A model generated the notes under the pieces. That model had not been told where the DNA came from. It searched no databases and saw only the letters and a list, made by a program, of their open reading frames with translations. Both the position numbers and the translations under genes were made by a program. A DNA stretch of 64,000 nucleotides from Nitrospirota bacterium (lineage in GTDB: Bacteria; Nitrospirota; Thermodesulfovibrionia; Thermodesulfovibrionales; JdFR-86), in assembly GCA_963721805.1 (NCBI GenBank), contig CAVRJY010000001.1:64001-128000 (forward strand), written 5' to 3'. Shown here piece after piece: positions 58,694 to 64,000 of this stretch (its first letter is position 1; each line of letters opens with the position of its first letter).

Positions 58694-59374
58694 ATGCTGA
58701 TGAAAAAGGCGTTTTTATTTCTGCTGGTATTTGTGGCGCTCGTGGCGTGCAACAAGGCCGCGGTGCCCGGCGCTTCCGGCCCCAAGGATGCGGGCAAGGT
58801 GCTCGCGAACATTAACGGCATGCCGATCACCGAGGGTGACCTCAAGCGCGAGATCGGCTACCTGCAGCCCGAGGCCCGCGAGATGTTCGCGGAGGAAGGC
58901 GGCCTGAAGGCCGTGCTCGAAGAGGTAATCAAGAAGGATATGCTCTACCAGGAGGCCAAGAAGCTCGGCCTGCAGGACTCCCAGGACATAAAGGACCGGC
59001 TCGAGGAGTACAAGAAGCGCGCGACCATCGAGCTGCTGCTTGAAAAGAATATCATGGATACCGTGAAGGTCGACGACAAGGAAGTCCGCGACTTCTATGA
59101 CAAGAACATCGACAGTTTCGTGATGCAGTCCCCGGACGGCAAGGGCAAGCCCCGCACGATAGAGTTCGACAAGGTCAAGGGCCTCATCAAGGAGCGCCTG
59201 ACGCAGGACAAGCAGAAAGAGGCGTTCGACAAGTACATGGACTCCCTGAAGTCGAAGTACAAGGTCGAGGTCAACCAGGCAGCGCTCGACCAGCTCCCGC
59301 CGATCAAGGGTGGCGGCGCCGTTACAAACGCTCCCTCAGGGATGAACGAGCCCGCGATGCCGGCAGGCAAGTAG
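58694..59374 (+). CDS. SurA-N/PrsA-like lipoprotein chaperone
   Basis: Lipobox LVAC, VLANING..IT, LYQEAKKLGL, EVRDFYDKN and LKSKYKVEVN. Confidence 0.78.
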   Translation: MLMKKAFLFLLVFVALVACNKAAVPGASGPKDAGKVLANINGMPITEGDLKREIGYLQPEAREMFAEEGGLKAVLEEVIKKDMLYQEAKKLGLQDSQDIKDRLEEYKKRATIELLLEKNIMDTVKVDDKEVRDFYDKNIDSFVMQSPDGKGKPRTIEFDKVKGLIKERLTQDKQKEAFDKYMDSLKSKYKVEVNQAALDQLPPIKGGGAVTNAPSGMNEPAMPAGK

Positions 59375-59380
59375 GGGCGC

Positions 59381-59599
59381 ATGCCGATGAATTGCTGGGA
59401 GTTCAAGAAATGCGGGCGAGAGAGGGGCGGCGCGCACGAGGCTGAATTCGGGCCATGCCCGGCGTTTCCGTCCGGCGGGCGCAAGTGCGCTAAGGTCGCG
59501 GGCACTATGTGCCACGGCAAGGTCGCGGGCACCTTCGCGATGAAGCTCGCAAGCTGCATGAGCTGTGATTTCTACAAGAGCAAGGACTACGACAGGTAG
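59381..59599 (+). CDS. Small Cys-rich two-CW-domain protein
   Basis: NCWEFKKCGRE..CPA..GRKC..VAGTMC..CMSCDFY. Confidence 0.75.
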   Translation: MPMNCWEFKKCGRERGGAHEAEFGPCPAFPSGGRKCAKVAGTMCHGKVAGTFAMKLASCMSCDFYKSKDYDR

Positions 59600-59679
59600 G
59601 GTTTCAATCATAACGCATACCGGCCGGGGCCGGGCTCGCACGCTGCGGGTCCGGCCCCGGTTTTTTGCTATAATCGCGG

Positions 59680-60399
59680 ATGGCGCTATGGAGCGTGAGG
59701 ATGAGGGCCGAGGGCCGCAAGGGCGAGCACGTCTCGGGGGCCGAGGGCATATATAAGGAGGCTGAGGTCGCGGCCGCCGCTGCGCGATACATCGAGCGCG
59801 CCCGCTCACACCCGCGCGGGGCCGCGCTGCACGTCACGGTCACGGTCGAGCCGATACCCGGCAGGCCGCGCAAACTGCCCCCGCTCAAGGTCAGCACGCT
59901 CGATACCCACACGCCCAAAGAGGCGCGCGCCTCGGCATCCGGGATGCTCCGCGACCTCGGCGTATCGGAGGCCGCGATATCGGCCGCGTTCGGGGTGCTC
60001 GGTGCGCCGGGCAGGATGCGCGGGGCGGCCCTGATCGACGCCGGGACAGGCCGCAGGCTCGAGCCGGATCAAGGGCGCGGCGTGCGCGCAAGCAGGATCG
60101 GGGCTGGCCCGTCGATAGGCCCCGCTCTCGGGGAGCTGGATACGCCGACCGTGCGTGAGGCGCTCGTGCTGGCCACGAAGGTGGCCTCCGCGCCCGGCGT
60201 GATCGCTGAACTCTGCGCCTCGGACGACCCTGACTACACGACCGGATACCTGGCGTCCCGGAGGTTCGGGTACGTGCGGCTGCTGAATATTAAACGTCTG
60301 CGGAGCAGGCGCGGCGGGCGGGTCGTCTTTGTCAGGCCGGGAGCGGACGTTGAAAAACTCATTGCATACCTCGAACTGAGGCCCGTGCTGGTCGGATAG
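59680..60399 (+). CDS. bioW: 6-carboxyhexanoate--CoA ligase
   Basis: SVRMRA..HVSGAE, RA.SHPRG, MRGA, RGVR, EALVLATKV and ELCASDDPDYTTGY. Confidence 0.92.
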   Translation: MALWSVRMRAEGRKGEHVSGAEGIYKEAEVAAAAARYIERARSHPRGAALHVTVTVEPIPGRPRKLPPLKVSTLDTHTPKEARASASGMLRDLGVSEAAISAAFGVLGAPGRMRGAALIDAGTGRRLEPDQGRGVRASRIGAGPSIGPALGELDTPTVREALVLATKVASAPGVIAELCASDDPDYTTGYLASRRFGYVRLLNIKRLRSRRGGRVVFVRPGADVEKLIAYLELRPVLVG

Positions 60400-60618
60400 G
60401 GGCAACCCGATAGAAGCAAAATGCGGTTTCAGGGATTGTCTTAAGATTGGGTTGCTGCTGCCCGTTAGGGGACGGGCAGCAGCTAGGGGAGGTAACGAAA
60501 AGCTGGATTAATGATATGCCGGTTTCCCGGCCTTGTCAAGCAAATATTTAGGTTGCATGATAATTATAGTTATAGGTTTAAAAAATATATGAATCCCTAG
60601 GAACCGCTGCTGGCCCGG

Positions 60619-61159
60619 TTCATTAACCGTAGTTGACCGGAAGTTAGTAGAAAACGCACGACCCTTAATTTTTTCTATAAGCTTCGGTTTATATATAAAC
60701 CAAAGTATATGGCTTTTTGGTGTATAGTGGTGCATGGGCATGATATGGTCATGTTTGGAGAGCGGAACCGAGGAGGCTGAAGGTCTAGCCGCATGTTCGG
60801 ATGATGGGCCGAAAATAGAGGTTTTTATCCGAACATCCGAACGGTGCGCAGACAAACAAATGAGCCTTTTCAAGATGTTAGCTCCTGTTTTGCGCCCGGC
60901 ATCCGAACAGAATCGGCAAAAACGCGCGCGCACGCGCGCGGAATGCGTAACTATACCTAAGCGCGAGCATCCGAACATGCCTTTGACCTTGTGGGGCGCG
61001 GGGGGCGGGGCCGACTGGCCCCCTTCTCTCCCCCCGAAAGCTCGGCCAAATCGGCTTCAGACTAGGCAGGGCGAGAAGACCGCCCGATGGTGTACTTGGA
61101 CGTACATAGAGGGCGAGTCTTTGAAGCCCAACGACGTATCAAACGATTTGGAGCGCTTT
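60619..61159 (+). repeat. Full-length composite element: ATCCGAACA arm, leader and hairpin copy 9 (core 61037-61159)
   Basis: Arm is colinear with 42971-43340; the core is nearly identical to copy 3. Confidence 0.9.
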
Positions 61160-61220
61160 GAAAAGAGGATGATTGACAACGGCGATATGGTAATATTACT
61201 CTATTGCGATAGAGCGATAT

Positions 61221-61562
61221 ATGGATAACTTTATAGTTCAGGCCAAGGCGGTCGCCGATCCCACGCGCTTGAGGATGCTCAAGCTCCTCGCTGGCGGCGA
61301 ACTCTGCGTCTGCGAGATCATGGCGGTCCTGGGCCTCGGACAATCGACCGCATCGAAGCACCTAAACATACTTAAGGCCGCGGGCCTTGTCGAGTCGCGC
61401 AAGCAGGGGACATGGACTTATTACCGCCTCGCGAGGCCGCGCGATACAGCGCGCGATTTCCTCAGGCTCGTCTCGGCAAGGCTCGATGGCGACGCGACCA
61501 TCGCCCATGACCGAAAGGTGCTCGCAAAGAGGTGCGCCGGTGGCTGCGGGGCGGCGCGATGA
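61221..61562 (+). CDS. arsR: ArsR/SmtB-family repressor
   Basis: KAVADPTRLRML, ELCVCE, QSTASKHL and GTWTYY; TTGACA at 61173. Confidence 0.93.
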   Translation: MDNFIVQAKAVADPTRLRMLKLLAGGELCVCEIMAVLGLGQSTASKHLNILKAAGLVESRKQGTWTYYRLARPRDTARDFLRLVSARLDGDATIAHDRKVLAKRCAGGCGAAR

Positions 61563-61969
61563 GCCGCGGGATCACTGGACGGCTCTCGTTTTATATGGCA
61601 GCGCTAACAGTCCTTCTGCTGATGCTGAGTATCTGCGGGTGTTCCAAGGCGGGCACTCCCCCCCTGGACAGTGCGCTAAAGACGGCAAGGCAGGAGGGCA
61701 AGCTCGTCATGCTTGAGCTCGGCTCTGTGGGATGCATTCCATGTGAGAACATGAAGCCCGTGATGGAGCGGTTGAGGCAGAGCTATGGCGGGCGGCTTGC
61801 GGTAATCTTTGTCGATGTGAAGCGGGATCAACAGGCCGCGAACCGCTATGGCGTGCGCATGATTCCGGTACAGGTCTTCCTTGACGGGCAGGGCAGGGAG
61901 TTTTACAGGCATCTGGGCTTCTTTCCCTATGAGGAGATCGTGCCTGTGATAGAGGGGCGCGTGAAATAG
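61559..61969 (+). CDS. Exported thioredoxin-like protein
   Basis: Signal/lipoprotein N-terminus, CIPC and cis-Pro motif MIPVQ. Confidence 0.85.
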   Translation: MSRGITGRLSFYMAALTVLLLMLSICGCSKAGTPPLDSALKTARQEGKLVMLELGSVGCIPCENMKPVMERLRQSYGGRLAVIFVDVKRDQQAANRYGVRMIPVQVFLDGQGREFYRHLGFFPYEEIVPVIEGRVK

Positions 61970-62022
61970 CCATGGCGCGAGTGATATCCTGCGGCCTTGA
62001 TACAGTGAAGGGTTAGGCCGGA

Positions 62023-62709
62023 ATGGAAGCCCTGCTCGGCGGTTTTCAGCAGACCATCCAGCACCAATATGCATTAAGCTATATCGTGGTTTTTGCCGCG
62101 GGGCTGGTCTCGGCGTTCAGCCCGTGCGTCCTCGCGGCGGTCCCTCTGATCATCGGCTATGTCGGCGGGTACTCCGGGGGCAACAGGAAGCGCGCCGCGC
62201 TCTATTCGTTCGTGTTCGTGCTGGGGCTGTCTATAACCTTCACGGCGTTGGGCATCGCGGCGTCATACCTGGGCAGATTCCTGGCGCTGATGGGCAACGC
62301 CCTCCCGGTCGCCATAGCAGCCATCGCGGTTCTGATGGGGCTTCAGCTGCTTGGGATACTCAACATACCGCTGCCGTTTCAGAGATCGCGCGAGGTCAAG
62401 GCCAAGGGGATCGCGGGAGCCCTCCTGCTCGGCCTGCTTACCGGGGCGGTCTCATCCCCATGCGCGACCCCGGTGCTTGTGGTGATACTTGCATATGTCT
62501 CGGCCAAGGGGAGCATGCTCTATGGGGGCACGCTTTTGTTTGCCTATGCCGTCGGACACTGCGCGCTGATCTTCATCGCGGGGCTGTCCATAGGGCTGAC
62601 CGAGAGTATAATCAACCTCAGGGGCATGAAGGGGTTATCGGTGTTTTTGAGGAAGACAAGCGGAGCGGTACTTGTTGGGGCGGGGGCTTACCTCGCCTTC
62701 AGCATTTAA
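62023..62709 (+). CDS. ccdA: CcdA/DsbD transmembrane electron transporter
   Basis: SAFSPCVL and SSPCATPVL. Confidence 0.88.
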   Translation: MEALLGGFQQTIQHQYALSYIVVFAAGLVSAFSPCVLAAVPLIIGYVGGYSGGNRKRAALYSFVFVLGLSITFTALGIAASYLGRFLALMGNALPVAIAAIAVLMGLQLLGILNIPLPFQRSREVKAKGIAGALLLGLLTGAVSSPCATPVLVVILAYVSAKGSMLYGGTLLFAYAVGHCALIFIAGLSIGLTESIINLRGMKGLSVFLRKTSGAVLVGAGAYLAFSI

Positions 62710-62726
62710 CGTATCGGAGGGATAAT

Positions 62727-63800
62727 ATGGCCGTTTCGGCAAGGCTCTCATTCTTGGATCGCTACCTCACGCTCTGGATATTCCTGGCCATGGCGGCCGG
62801 GGTCTCGATAGGCTATCTCATGCCCGGCGCGGAGGCCTTCGTCGGCAGGTTTCAGGTGGGGACGACGAACGTGCCGATAGCGGCGGGCCTGATCCTGATG
62901 ATGTACCCGCCGCTTGCGAAGGTGCGCTACGAGGAGATGGGCGAGGTGCTCAGAGACCGCCGCGTGCTCGCGCTCTCGCTCATACAGAACTGGGTGATCG
63001 GCCCGGCGCTGATGTTCGCGCTCGCCGTGATATTCCTGCGCGGATACCCCGAGTACATGGCCGGGCTCATAATGATAGGCCTCGCGCGGTGCATAGCGAT
63101 GGTGATCGTATGGAACGACCTCGCCTGCGGCGACCGGCAATACGCGGCCGCGCTCGTCGCGCTCAACTCGATATTCCAGGTCCTGTTCTTCTCGGTCTAC
63201 GCCTGGTTTTTCATGACCGTTCTGCCGCCGATGCTCGGGCTCAAGGGCATGGCCGTAAGCGTGACGATGGCCGAGATAGCGAGGAGCGTGTTTGTATACC
63301 TCGGAGTCCCATTCATCGCCGGTGCGGCCACGCGCCTCGTCCTGCTGAGGCTCAAGGGCCGCGAGTGGTACGAAGGCGAGTTCATACCGCGCATCAGCCC
63401 GCTTACGCTTTGCGCCCTGCTGTTTACGATAGTCGTGATGTTCACGCTCAAGGGCAACTACATCGTCCGGTTGCCGCTTGACGTCCTGCGCATCGCGGTG
63501 CCGCTGCTGGTCTATTTCGTGGTAATGTTTGCCGTATCGTTCTGGCTTGGGCGGAGGGCCGGAGCGGGGTATGAGAAGACCGCGACGCTCTCGTTTACGG
63601 CCGCGAGCAACAACTTCGAGCTGGCTATTGCGGTTGCGGTCTCGGTCTTCGGGATCAACTCCGGCGAGGCCTTCGCGGCCGTGATAGGCCCGCTCGTCGA
63701 GGTCCCGGCCCTGATCGCGCTCGTAAACGTCGCGCTGTATGCGCAGAAGCGATGGTTCCCGAGCCCGTACTGCAAGATCACCGGAATCAGGACGCCATAG
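62727..63800 (+). CDS. acr3: Acr3-family arsenite efflux transporter
   Basis: [42 protein letters not shown] and GPLVEVP. Confidence 0.96.
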   Translation: MAVSARLSFLDRYLTLWIFLAMAAGVSIGYLMPGAEAFVGRFQVGTTNVPIAAGLILMMYPPLAKVRYEEMGEVLRDRRVLALSLIQNWVIGPALMFALAVIFLRGYPEYMAGLIMIGLARCIAMVIVWNDLACGDRQYAAALVALNSIFQVLFFSVYAWFFMTVLPPMLGLKGMAVSVTMAEIARSVFVYLGVPFIAGAATRLVLLRLKGREWYEGEFIPRISPLTLCALLFTIVVMFTLKGNYIVRLPLDVLRIAVPLLVYFVVMFAVSFWLGRRAGAGYEKTATLSFTAASNNFELAIAVAVSVFGINSGEAFAAVIGPLVEVPALIALVNVALYAQKRWFPSPYCKITGIRTP

Positions 63801-63810
63801 GGAGGCAGCC

Positions 63811-64000
63811 ATGAAGATAGCGGTGCTTGGCGACATACACGGAAACGTCGATGCTCTTAAGGCGGCGTACAAGGCCGCGCTCGCTCGCGGCGCCGAGAAG
63901 CTCTATCACCTCGGGGACATGGGCGGGTACGCCCCGTTCGTCGACGAGGTCGTGGAGTTCATAGTGGAGCACGGGATCGAGGGCGTGCAGGGCAATTACG
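63811..64000 (+). CDS. Metallophosphoesterase (partial, runs off the window)
   Basis: MKIAVLGDIHGN..HLGD.GGY..GNY; SD GGAGG. Confidence 0.85.
   Translation, partial: MKIAVLGDIHGNVDALKAAYKAALARGAEKLYHLGDMGGYAPFVDEVVEFIVEHGIEGVQGNY

Noticed and set aside
60401..60485. Riboswitch or ncRNA after bioW
   Set aside because: Two hairpins are visible (GCAACCC/GGGTTGC and GCTGCTGCCCGT/ACGGGCAGCAGC) but no aptamer consensus I can recognise; probably terminator-like.
8341..61228. Short ORFs sharing PKARPNRLQTRQGEKTARWCT (8341, 9705, 11376, 15637, 60734 and others) as a protein family
   Set aside because: They are translations of the non-coding hairpin repeat. Starts, frames and lengths differ, and the substitutions preserve base pairing rather than amino acids.
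20227..62726. Long N-terminal extensions in the ORF track (20227, 20721, 39372, 47115, 57544, 62124)
   Set aside because: They overlap neighbouring genes or lack homology-like content; downstream starts with an SD or -10 signal fit better.
4025..63872. Long antisense or alternate-frame ORFs (for example 4025-5365, 20676-21929, 36725-37906, 36911-38281, 49597-50877, 62748-63872)
   Set aside because: They are shadows of well-supported genes in GC-rich DNA and contain no recognisable motifs.
1..64000. tRNA or rRNA genes
   Set aside because: I found no cloverleaf or rRNA-like sequence by eye in the intergenic regions; tRNAscan-SE and Infernal were not run.

Overview
This is a GC-rich bacterial chromosome segment spanning the replication origin. 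Gene content suggests an anaerobic or microaerobic Nitrospirota- or Deltaproteobacteria-like organism, which is inference only. Core genes include oriC/dnaA-dnaN (both carrying +1 frameshifts, probably consensus errors), two parS sites, gyrA, parAB, rho, pyk, citrate synthase, lysS, lolC/E, ntrY/ntrX, a minimal SufBC (SMS-type) pair, fprA, a cysteine desulfurase, bioW and an ars/acr3 operon. Between them sit short, mostly AT-richer accessory cassettes: an orphan membrane protein, IS481 plus a type II R-M pair, an MTase-Mrr fusion, a dual P-loop ATPase/TPR pair, an MmeI-like enzyme, and paralogous secreted collagen and tail-collar proteins. The most striking unexplained signal is a dispersed non-coding element. 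It has 9 complete and at least 3 partial copies of a ~125-150 bp long hairpin with compensatory base changes and a conserved TTGACC leader. Three copies carry an extra arm (up to ~370 bp) with fixed-spacing ATCCGAACA motifs. The hairpin end abuts neighbouring genes (8 of 9 full copies lie just after a stop codon in the same relative orientation), and oppositely oriented copies bracket four of the accessory cassettes.
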